From an uncultured Acidobacteriota bacterium (lineage in GTDB: Bacteria > Acidobacteriota > Polarisedimenticolia > Polarisedimenticolales > Polarisedimenticolaceae), in NCBI GenBank assembly GCA_963824225.1, contig CAWGOF010000003.1:3040847-3104846 (forward strand): a stretch of DNA of 64,000 bases, in the 5' to 3' direction. Under the pieces are notes generated by a model. The model was not told the origin of the DNA. It saw nothing but the letters and a program-made list of their open reading frames with translations, and ran no database searches. The position numbers and the translations under genes are program-made. Below, piece by piece: positions 56,454 to 64,000 of the stretch; positions within the stretch are counted from its first letter, which is position 1, and every line of letters begins with the position of its first letter.

Positions 56454-57188
56454 ATGAAGAGGGCAGGGGCGGTGAGAAGCACGGCTCGGCTGGGTCTTGG
56501 CGCTGTTCTCCTTGCCGGCGCAGGCGCGGTGTCGGCAGCCGAGCTGGACGACCGAGTGCAGGAGGCGAGTCGGCTACGCCAGGCCGGGAACGCGGGCGCG
56601 GCGACCTCGGCGTACCGTGCGGTTATCGAGCTCGCCGCTGATCACGCCGACAGCTGGCTGGCGCTGGGCGAGATCCACGACGCGGGCCACGATCGGCTCG
56701 GCGCCTTCCTCTGCTACGCGCGGTTCCTGAGCCTGGAGCCAGAGTCGGCTCGTTCCACGAAGCCCGCTCAACGGCTGTGGGAGCTGTTGTTCCAAGGGGT
56801 TACCCGGAAGGGCATGTCCATTACTCCTCCCGACGACGCCGAGGATCCGTGGTGGCAGGCCAACTTCATGATGTCCTTGATCGCTTCCATGCGTGACCGG
56901 GGCCCCAAGACCGACGCCGCCTTCTTCGCGACCGCACTCGAGGGCGTGACGCTCGTGGTCGAGGGGTATCTCGAAAACGATCGTGTCGAGCTCTTCTGGA
57001 AGGCAGACGTCATCCCGTACTTCTATGCGGCGCGAGAGGCCGGCCACCTCGAGGCCATGGCCTACGATATCCGGCGGTCGACGAGCGACAAGAACACTCA
57101 GAAGTGGCTCGCCAAGCACCCTGCGGAGATCGACCGGTTTCGTGCGTGGTCGCGGCAATGGCGACCTGGCGGCGTCAGCGGTCCTTGA
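56454..57188 (+). CDS. secreted hypothetical protein with TPR-like N-terminal region
   Basis: MKRAGAVRSTARLGLGAVLLAGAGAVSAAE signal peptide; ...AYRAVIELAADHADSWLALGEIHDAGHDRLGAFLCYARFLSLEPES TPR-like. Confidence 0.4.
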   Translation: MKRAGAVRSTARLGLGAVLLAGAGAVSAAELDDRVQEASRLRQAGNAGAATSAYRAVIELAADHADSWLALGEIHDAGHDRLGAFLCYARFLSLEPESARSTKPAQRLWELLFQGVTRKGMSITPPDDAEDPWWQANFMMSLIASMRDRGPKTDAAFFATALEGVTLVVEGYLENDRVELFWKADVIPYFYAAREAGHLEAMAYDIRRSTSDKNTQKWLAKHPAEIDRFRAWSRQWRPGGVSGP

Positions 57189-57357
57189 CGACCGCCTGCT
57201 GTCGCCAGCACCTCTCAGCCTCTATCCTCCGCGGCAGCTCATGGAGCGTAGCGGAGAACATCGTCCGTAATCCGTCGGGGTTGACGCTCCTGCTCGTGAT
57301 CGTGCTGCTCGCGCTGCTGCCGATCTCTCGGGCGCTCCGCTGAGCGCCTCGCGCCGT

Positions 57358-58659
57358 TCAGACGCCCTCTTCTTCCGGCTCGGGACGGCGCACGTAGCTT
57401 GCCCAGCGGTCCTGGAACTCCTCCGTGTAGTCGCCGGCCCGGCGCTGCGTGATCGCGACGACGTAGCCGTTGCGCTCCCAGCTCGGGCTGCCGCCGTAAC
57501 GGCCGAGCGCACCGCGCCACTCGTCGGGCGACATCTCGAGCAGGAAGCGCACGCGGCCGTCGCGAATCAGGCGGTAGCGCATCTTCGCCCCGGGGTGGCG
57601 CTCGAGCCACGCGAGATCCTCGGGACGCTGCACCGGTCGCCAGCCATAGGGCTCGCGCCAGTCGGTGTCGCGCACGAGGAAGTCGCCCTCGACGCGGACG
57701 GAGCGGCCCGATGGGCGACGCTCCGCCATGGGTTGCCTCCCGCCGCCCACGTGCGCATGCATGCGCAGCGTGGCCACGACGACGCCGGCGAGGCGCTCGC
57801 GCAGCTCGTGCTCGTCGCGGCACTCGATCGATGCGGGTCGGCCCCACTCGTCCGATGGCAAGAGCAGCAGGATCGAGCCGTGCGGGACGACGCGCGACAG
57901 CACGACCCGGTCCTCGTGGCGCACGGCGTACACCCGCGCGGGATCGATCGTGCCGTCGAAGGCTGTGAGGACGACGACGTCGCCCGGCTGGATCGAGCTC
58001 CGCACGCGCTCGATCATCGCTTCGCCCGGTCGAAACGCGAAGGGCAGCTCCGCGTCGGCCGGAAGCAGCCGCCGGTCGAGCCAGATCGTCTCGGCAGCGC
58101 CGTCCGCGAGCCACGGATCCTCGCCTGGATCGACGCCGTCGGGCAGCACCGGGATCTCGATCGCATCGCTCTCCGACTCGAGCGGCTCGTAGGGTACGGC
58201 GGCCTCTTCCATCACGAGCCGGTCGGTCGGTTCGGCGCGTCGCTGCAGGAACCGCATGCGATGCATGGCGCTGCGTAGAAGCGACGGGGTCGACTCCTGC
58301 GCTTTCAGGTCTGAGTCCTCGAGCAGCACGCGTTCGCCCCGGCGGAGCCGACCGCGCAGCTCGGGTGAGCTGCGGAACGCCTGGACCTGCATCAGCCGAT
58401 CCACGTGCTGGCGCAAGTCGGGATGGCGGCTCGCCTGGGTCCAGGCGCGGTAGAGCTCGGGATCGTCGTCCAGGGCCTCGGCGAGGCGGATCGCGATCTC
58501 CTCGGACGGGACCTTGGTCCCGCCCTCGATCAGCGACAGGTAGGACGGCGAGATGCGAACCTGCTCAGCCAGGGCGTAGGCGGCCAGGTTCCGCGCCTCC
58601 CTCCTGTTCCGGATGCGCTGCCCCAGCAGGTTCTCGTCAGAGGGTGGCTTCGACGTCAT
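57358..58659 (-). CDS. XRE-family HTH + LexA/S24-peptidase-like domain transcriptional regulator with extra C-terminal domain
   Basis: N-terminal HTH (LLGQRIRNRREARNLAAYALAEQVRISPSYLSLIEGG), central ...FRPGEAMIERVRSSIQPGDVVVLTAFDGTIDPARVYAVRHEDRVVLSRV S24-like beta-strand region. Confidence 0.55.
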   Translation of the reverse strand: MTSKPPSDENLLGQRIRNRREARNLAAYALAEQVRISPSYLSLIEGGTKVPSEEIAIRLAEALDDDPELYRAWTQASRHPDLRQHVDRLMQVQAFRSSPELRGRLRRGERVLLEDSDLKAQESTPSLLRSAMHRMRFLQRRAEPTDRLVMEEAAVPYEPLESESDAIEIPVLPDGVDPGEDPWLADGAAETIWLDRRLLPADAELPFAFRPGEAMIERVRSSIQPGDVVVLTAFDGTIDPARVYAVRHEDRVVLSRVVPHGSILLLLPSDEWGRPASIECRDEHELRERLAGVVVATLRMHAHVGGGRQPMAERRPSGRSVRVEGDFLVRDTDWREPYGWRPVQRPEDLAWLERHPGAKMRYRLIRDGRVRFLLEMSPDEWRGALGRYGGSPSWERNGYVVAITQRRAGDYTEEFQDRWASYVRRPEPEEEGV

Positions 58660-58739
58660 GGCGCCCCGATCTTTTCTGGCCAGTGAACATTTATGCTATA
58701 CTCTCCGCAGCCAGGGGACAACCGAAATCCCAAGGAACC

Positions 58740-59801
58740 ATGGCCGAGACTGGATTCTTCCGGCTCGGCGTGTTTCGGGACGGTTTCCTGGGAAGTAAAC
58801 CCCCTGCCGCGGAGGATACGCTCATGGACATTCTGGCACGCTGGCTCTCGGAGCTGAAGCCCCGGCCGCCCTGCTCGTACGCGGGGTTGACGATGGTGCC
58901 CCTGACCGGGACGAACGGCTCGGCCCCAGTCTATCTCACGCTCGACGAGGCGCTCGCGAGCGGCAGCGCTCGCGTCACCGAGGTCAGCGCGGCGGGGCAC
59001 GTGCCCGAGCTGCGCTTCTCGAACCTCGGCGAGCGCCCGATTCTCCTGATCGACGGCGAGGTGCTCGCCGGCGCCAAGCAGAACCGCGTGCTGAACCTCA
59101 CGATCCTCGCTCCGGCCAAGCAAGACCTCGTGATTCCCGTCTCGTGTGTCGAGGCCGGGCGCTGGGCGGGCGCGGGCGAGTTCCGCTCGGCGCCGCACGT
59201 GATGTATGCGACGGGGCGCGGCGAGAAGGCCGGCTGGGTCAGCCACTCGATGTCGACCGGTGGGTCACGGATGTCGAACCAGAGTGCCACGTGGGATTCC
59301 ATCGCTCGCCTCTCCGCGCGTGAAGGCGTCCACAGCCCAACGTCGCGCCTCGATGACGTGTACCTCGCCCGCGGCGACAAGATTGCCGCCTACGTCGAGA
59401 AGCTCCCACCCGTCGACGGCCAGGTCGGCGCGGTGTTCGCGCTCGGCGGCCGGATCCGCGGGATCGAGGCGTTCGATCATCCCGAGACGCTGCGCAAGGT
59501 GCTGCCGAAGCTCGTGCGCAGCTGGGCCATGGACGCGCTCGCCGTCGAGCACCAGAGCGAGGTGCCGTCGGACGCAGAGGTCGAGCGCCGGCTTCGCGAG
59601 CTCGTGGCGCTCTCGATTTCCGAGCATCCCGCGGTCGGTCTCGGGCGCGAGCTGCGCTTCGAGTCGGCGCAGGTCACGGGCGGCGCGCTCCTGCACGACG
59701 ACCGTCTCGTGCACCTGTGCGCCTTCTGGGTCGAAGAGGCGGGGTCGAACGGCTTCGGCGGACGGATGCTGTCGGCATCGCATCGCGCGAGGCGGCGCTA
59801 A
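58740..59801 (+). CDS. hypothetical protein, divergently transcribed from XRE-S24 regulator
   Basis: 353 aa; no recognised motif; AT-richer intergenic region with TATACT -10-like hexamer at 58697-58702. Confidence 0.4.
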   Translation: MAETGFFRLGVFRDGFLGSKPPAAEDTLMDILARWLSELKPRPPCSYAGLTMVPLTGTNGSAPVYLTLDEALASGSARVTEVSAAGHVPELRFSNLGERPILLIDGEVLAGAKQNRVLNLTILAPAKQDLVIPVSCVEAGRWAGAGEFRSAPHVMYATGRGEKAGWVSHSMSTGGSRMSNQSATWDSIARLSAREGVHSPTSRLDDVYLARGDKIAAYVEKLPPVDGQVGAVFALGGRIRGIEAFDHPETLRKVLPKLVRSWAMDALAVEHQSEVPSDAEVERRLRELVALSISEHPAVGLGRELRFESAQVTGGALLHDDRLVHLCAFWVEEAGSNGFGGRMLSASHRARRR

Positions 59802-59963
59802 TGGTGAGCGCGGGTCCCTGTATGCACTTCGCCACATGCCTGCCGCAGATTCCACCCGCTCGATCCTGCGCCAGTATCTGGCGACTCTGAACGAGGGCAC
59901 GGAAGCACCCTAGCCCGAGCGCCACGTGCCTGGACCGGCGGTCGTCATCGGCTACACTGACCC

Positions 59964-62033
59964 GTGGTGGCCGACCGGATCGAGCCGTTCCCGCCTTCTC
60001 GGCGACACCGCCGTCGCGGCGCCGGAGGACGCGGTCAAGCCGCGGACCTGAGGGCATTCCTCGACCGGGCGTCGAGGCCCACGGACGGGCTGAGCTACCA
60101 CGAGGCTCAGGGGTTCCTGTTCACCGTCGCGGCGGCTCCCGACCTCGTCGAGCCGTCCGAGTGGGTGCCGATGATCCTCGGTGCCAAGGAGCCCGCATTC
60201 AGCGCGGGGGCTGAGGCGCAGCGGATCCTCGGCGAGCTGATCCGCTCGTACAACGAGCTGGTCGACCAGGTGGCGACGAACCGGGTCGAGCTACCCGGCG
60301 ACTGTCGATTCCGAGACGATATCCTGTCCAACCTGTCGGAAGACGCTCCGGTCAGCCAGTGGTGCAGGGGCTTCATGCAAGGGCATTCGTGGCTCGAGGA
60401 GAGCTGGCCCGACGACTTGCCCGATGCGGTAGAAGAGGAGTTGGGCTTCGCGCTCCTGACGCTGGGCTTCTTCGCGTCACGGCGGCTCGCCGAGCGGCTC
60501 CTCGCCGAGTGTGCCGGCGGCAAGATGTCGCTGGTCGAGATGGCCGAGACCTGTCGGAGCACCTTCCCCGGCGCGATGGCGAGCTACGTCCAGGTGAGCG
60601 AGGCCATCCGGCAGGCGATGGTCAGCCAGGAGCATCCCCGCGCCGAGAAGACCGGCCGCAACGACCCGTGTCCTTGCGGCAGCGGCAAGAAGTTCAAGCG
60701 GTGCTGTCTTGGCGCGACCGGCGATCTCATGGAGCAGGCTGCGAGGCGCGTCAGGCGCGTCCAGGACGAGATCGAGCCGCGCCTCGTGGCTTTCGGGCGC
60801 TCGACCTTTGGGCCGGACGCGCTCGATCGGGCCCGCAGGGAGTTCGCCTGCGGTCACGAGAATCTCGGGGACGCGGAAGACCAGCTCTTCCACCCCTGGG
60901 TCCTCTACCAGTGGACCCCGCGCGGCAGCACGATGCCTGTCGCGCAGCTCTACCTGGATCGGCACGGTGACCGTTTGAGCCCCGACGAAGTGGTGTTTCT
61001 CCGGACGACGTGCCTCACCCCGACGAGCTTCCACGAAGTGGTCGAGGTCGAGCCCGGCCGTCGACTGCGCCTGCGGGACATCCTGCTGCAGGTAGAGCAC
61101 GACGTGTTCGAGCAGGCGGGTTCGGAGACGCTGCGCGTCGGCGATGCGGTCTACGGTCGCGTCGTGCCCTACGACGGCGTCGCGTTGATCATCGGCACGG
61201 GAGGGATCGTGCTGCCGCCGATCGAGAAGCGCGGCGCAATCCAGATGCGGGCCCATCTGCGCGAGCGGTTCGGGGAGCCGACGCCCCAGGCGCTCCTGGC
61301 GAGCGACGAGGAGCTACGCCGGCTGTACCTCGGCGTGCGCGACAGGCTGATGAACCCGGCGCCTCCCGTCTTGACCAATACCGACGGCGAGCCGCTCGAG
61401 CTCCACACGATCACGTGCAACGTGGAGTCGATCGAGTCCGCGTTCGAGGCGCTCGCGCCTCTGGCCCGGGGGGAGGCGAGGGATGAGCTGCTCCGTCAGG
61501 CGGGCCGCGACACCCAGGGCCGGCTGACGAGGGTCGAGCTCCCGTGGCTCAAGAAGAACACCGTGCTCGGGCACCTCGTGCTCGAGGGCGCCGGCCTGAC
61601 GGTCGAGATCAACTCGGCGGCGCGGGCGCGCCGGATCCAGCGCGAGCTGCGCAAGCGTCTGGGCCAGACGATGCGCAACCTCACCGTCCGCATCAAGCCG
61701 ATCGGCGAGGCTCTCGCCGACTACGATCGGATCCGCGACACGCCCGAGGAGCGCAAGCGGCTGGAAGAGGAGCGGTCGTTCCGAGCGAGCCCCGAGGTCC
61801 GCGAGGCGATGAGCCGGATCATCGAGCGTCAGTGGGACGGTTGGATCGACGAGAAGATCCCGGCCCTCGACGGGTTGACGCCGCGCCAAGCGGTGCGCCG
61901 GCCCGATGGGCGCGAGATGGTCGAGGCGCTCCTCATGCAGTTCGAGCGAAGCCCATGCGAAGGCGGCGAGGGCTACGACTTCAACCGGCTGCGGCGAGAG
62001 CTCGGGTTGCCGGCACGCGCGCGAACCCTCTGA
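59964..62033 (+). CDS. UPF0149(YecA-like) + SEC-C metal-binding motif protein with long C-terminal extension
   Basis: 689 aa; SEC-C motif NDPCPCGSGKKFKRCC at ~residue 230; N-terminal region resembles YecA/UPF0149. Confidence 0.5.
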   Translation: MVADRIEPFPPSRRHRRRGAGGRGQAADLRAFLDRASRPTDGLSYHEAQGFLFTVAAAPDLVEPSEWVPMILGAKEPAFSAGAEAQRILGELIRSYNELVDQVATNRVELPGDCRFRDDILSNLSEDAPVSQWCRGFMQGHSWLEESWPDDLPDAVEEELGFALLTLGFFASRRLAERLLAECAGGKMSLVEMAETCRSTFPGAMASYVQVSEAIRQAMVSQEHPRAEKTGRNDPCPCGSGKKFKRCCLGATGDLMEQAARRVRRVQDEIEPRLVAFGRSTFGPDALDRARREFACGHENLGDAEDQLFHPWVLYQWTPRGSTMPVAQLYLDRHGDRLSPDEVVFLRTTCLTPTSFHEVVEVEPGRRLRLRDILLQVEHDVFEQAGSETLRVGDAVYGRVVPYDGVALIIGTGGIVLPPIEKRGAIQMRAHLRERFGEPTPQALLASDEELRRLYLGVRDRLMNPAPPVLTNTDGEPLELHTITCNVESIESAFEALAPLARGEARDELLRQAGRDTQGRLTRVELPWLKKNTVLGHLVLEGAGLTVEINSAARARRIQRELRKRLGQTMRNLTVRIKPIGEALADYDRIRDTPEERKRLEEERSFRASPEVREAMSRIIERQWDGWIDEKIPALDGLTPRQAVRRPDGREMVEALLMQFERSPCEGGEGYDFNRLRRELGLPARARTL

Positions 62034-62053
62034 TGGTTGGCCGGCCGCTGCCG

Positions 62054-62074
62054 TTGTCCTTTTCTAAAGGACAA
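62054..62074. promoter_or_regulatory. palindrome TTGTCCTTT-TCT-AAAGGACAA (terminator-like or operator), followed by AGCTTTTCGG
   Basis: perfect 9-bp arms; sits 20 bp after stop of SEC-C gene. Confidence 0.45.
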
Positions 62075-62160
62075 GCTTTTCGGCTGTAGACTTCGCCTAA
62101 GTCCAACGAAATCTGTGATTTGTGCATGTGGCCTTCCTGGAGGTTCTGATGCAAGCGAAT

Positions 62161-62181
62161 GTGTCCTTGACAGAAGGACAC
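62161..62181. promoter_or_regulatory. palindrome GTGTCCTT-GACAG-AAGGACAC, same arm sequence as 62054 element, 20 bp upstream of DUF4143 ATPase gene
   Basis: shared half-site TGTCCTT suggests a common DNA-binding protein. Confidence 0.4.
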
Positions 62182-62201
62182 ATTTTCGCGACCTTTGACG
62201 G

Positions 62202-63530
62202 GTGCCACTGCACCCGGTACTGGCGGACAAGCTAACCACGGCGCTCCAGCCGGCGGGGTCAACGCCACTGACGCGGCGCGACGTGCGACTTCCCGCGCTC
62301 CCCGGAAAGGCCCACGCCGTGATCGGGATGCGCCGGGCGGGTAAGACCACGTTTCTGCGACAGCTCCTCGACGACCGACGGGCGGAGCTGCCTCTCGAGC
62401 GCGCGATTTACATCGGCTTCGACGACGATCGACTGGCGCAGCTCGAGCTCGAGCAGCTCGGCTTCCTGCTCGAGGAGTACTACAGACGCCATCCCCACCT
62501 TCGCGAGCGGGAGACCGTCCACTGGTTCCTCGACGAGATCCAGCTCGTGGACGGCTGGGAGCGTTTCGTCCGCCGGATGCTCGACACGGAGAAGATCGAG
62601 ATAGTCGTGTCGGGCTCTTCGGCCCGGATGCTGTCGCGCGAAATCCACACGTCCCTGCGCGGTCGGGCGATGGCGACCCAGATCCGGCCGTTCAGCTTTC
62701 GCGAGTTCCTGCGTCACCGTGGCGACGCGCCGTCGTCCGACTCGACGAGCTGGTCGCCCGCGGACCGGTCGCTCCTCGAGAAGCGCTTCCGCGAATACCT
62801 GGTCGAGGGCGGCTTCCCCGAAGCGCAGGGCTTGTCCGCGGCGCTGCGGGTCGAACTGCTCCAGAGCTACGTCGACACCGTGCTCTTCCGCGATGTGGTC
62901 GAGCGGCACGGCGTGACGCAAGTCTCGGCGCTGCGCTGGCTCGTCCGGCACTGCCTGCGCAACCCGGCCGGCAGCTTCAGCGTCCACAGGCTCCACCGAG
63001 ACCTGAAGGCCCAGGGCCACGGTGTCGCGAAGGACTCCGTGCACGCGATGCTCGGCCACTTGGTGGATGCGTTCCTCGTGAGCGCGGTATCGCTCGACAC
63101 CGAGTCGGAGCGCAAGCGCAACTCGAATCCGCGGAAGCTCTACCCCGCGGATCCGGCGTTGATCCAGGCGTTCGATGCGAGCGGTCGGACGAATCTCGGA
63201 CACGCGCTCGAGACGGTGGTGCTGAACGAGCTCGAGCGCCGCGGCGCCGAGGTGGCCTATGTGAAGACGGAGGACGGCCACGAGGTCGATTTCCTCGCGC
63301 GCTACCGGGCGGCCGGGGCCGAGCTACTCCAGGTGTGCGCCGACGTGTCGCCTCCGGGTACGCTCGAACGGGAGCTACGGGCGCTCGAGTCGGCGTCGAA
63401 GGAGCAGCGGCGAGCGACGCGTCGGCTGCTCGTTCTCGACCGCGACGCATTGCCGCTCGCAAGGGTCCCGGATGGGATCGAGGTGCAGCCTGTTGGTGAA
63501 TGGCTGCTCGCGCCGACCCCTGACCGCTGA
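62202..63530 (+). CDS. AAA+ ATPase of the DUF4143 (COG1373) family
   Basis: 442 aa; Walker A GMRRAGKTTFL, Walker B HWFLDEIQ, C-terminal DUF4143-like region. Confidence 0.7.
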   Translation: MPLHPVLADKLTTALQPAGSTPLTRRDVRLPALPGKAHAVIGMRRAGKTTFLRQLLDDRRAELPLERAIYIGFDDDRLAQLELEQLGFLLEEYYRRHPHLRERETVHWFLDEIQLVDGWERFVRRMLDTEKIEIVVSGSSARMLSREIHTSLRGRAMATQIRPFSFREFLRHRGDAPSSDSTSWSPADRSLLEKRFREYLVEGGFPEAQGLSAALRVELLQSYVDTVLFRDVVERHGVTQVSALRWLVRHCLRNPAGSFSVHRLHRDLKAQGHGVAKDSVHAMLGHLVDAFLVSAVSLDTESERKRNSNPRKLYPADPALIQAFDASGRTNLGHALETVVLNELERRGAEVAYVKTEDGHEVDFLARYRAAGAELLQVCADVSPPGTLERELRALESASKEQRRATRRLLVLDRDALPLARVPDGIEVQPVGEWLLAPTPDR

Positions 63531-63685
63531 GCCGCTCGCCCGGGGTCCCGTGGCGCGCGTTCCAACATGTTTGGCGCAACGGGTAGCCCAGGAAGGGCCG
63601 GCGGCGGTCAAGTGTGCACCGCGAGGTGGTTCGCGTATATTCTCGAAATGTCAGGTGAGGGGCGATGTCGATGAAAACCCGTTGT

Positions 63686-63889
63686 TCACTCCGATCCGGA
63701 AGTCCTGGGGGGTGTCCCGGTGTTCGTCGGCACACGGGTTCCGGTTCAGAATCTCTTCGACTACCTAGAAGCCGGCGATCGGCTCGACGATTTCATCAAC
63801 GACTTTCCTGCAGTGACGCGCGAACAAGCGATCGCGGTCCTAGAGAGTGCACGGGACGCGTTGGTGGATCGTGCGGGTTCTGCTCGATG
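63686..63889 (+). CDS. DUF433-family protein (putative antitoxin), no in-frame ATG (possible 5' frameshift)
   Basis: ...SDPEVLGGVPVFVGTRVPVQNLFDYLEAGDRLDDFINDFPAVTREQAIAVLE matches DUF433 core; an ATG (63663) is in a different frame. Confidence 0.4.
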
Positions 63890-63999
63890 AGTGTCTGCCC
63901 CGGTCGCTCGGTCGAACGGTACCCGACGCCGGGTGGTCGGGGGCGAAGAATGGCGAGCTCCTTCAACGAGCCGCCGGCCGGTACGAGGTCTTTATCACC
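63872..63999 (+). CDS. DUF5615/PIN-like (Mut7-C-type) putative toxin, partial at window end
   Basis: GTG start overlapping DUF433 stop; VRVLLDECLPRSLGRTVPDAGWSGAKNGELLQRAAGRYEVFIT typical DUF5615 N-terminus. Confidence 0.45.
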
Positions 64000-64000
64000 A

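Noticed and set aside
58660-58739. Sigma70 promoter (TATACT -10) in the divergent region between the XRE regulator and the hypothetical gene
   Set aside because: The -35 match is poor (TTCTGG); listed only as a note in the feature evidence.

Overview
The window is a high-GC (~70%) bacterial chromosomal segment. Its gene content points to a Myxococcota-like delta-proteobacterium: many eukaryotic-type Ser/Thr kinases, an FHA-sigma54 activator, a PP2C phosphatase and MYXO-like C-terminal sorting tails. That lineage call is inference only.

Main blocks:
1. 1-7.4 kb: two Ser/Thr kinases, kynurenine 3-monooxygenase, a secreted protein, and an FHA-GAF-sigma54 activator.
2. 7.4-14.8 kb (the most unusual block): six tandem 100-bp units, each encoding a 24-aa peptide with its own RBS. 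They are driven by a sigma54 (-24/-12) promoter and followed by a hairpin terminator. Immediately upstream on the same strand is an ABC exporter / C39-peptidase ABC transporter (PCAT) / HlyD operon. Three near-identical sigma54 promoters with palindromic TATCCG-N2-CGGATA upstream sites tie together the peptide array, the activator gene and a candidate small-RNA/leader upstream of a secreted TPR-like gene.
3. 14.8-26.7 kb: housekeeping-type genes (tag, DUF218, SGNH hydrolase, a Ser/Thr kinase, PP2C, VWA and AsmA proteins).
4. 26.8-29.7 kb: a toxin-antitoxin islet (HigBA, ParDE-like, HicBA with a frameshift).
5. 29.7-32.7 kb: a beta-CA-like gene and an NfeD-flotillin pair.
6. 32.9-35.0 kb: an IS91-family element with an associated tyrosine recombinase.
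7. 35.3-51.4 kb: a defense island built on a Type I R-M operon. Its backbone genes hsdM and hsdR are multiply frameshifted. It carries inserted AbiEi/AbiEii, a frameshifted GmrSD-like gene, a Gabija-like OLD-ATPase/UvrD-helicase pair flanked by a duplicated hsdS 3' end, and a low-GC PUA-like + nuclease gene.
8. 51.5-57.2 kb: ECF sigma / anti-sigma / VIT-VWA module.
9. 57.3-64.0 kb: an XRE-S24 regulator, a hypothetical protein, a SEC-C protein, a DUF4143 ATPase, and a partial DUF433/DUF5615 toxin-antitoxin pair.

Two families of short palindromic (MITE/REP-like) repeats recur. Some copies supply start or stop codons, and two sit in-frame inside the PCAT gene. No rRNA, tRNA or CRISPR array was recognised.
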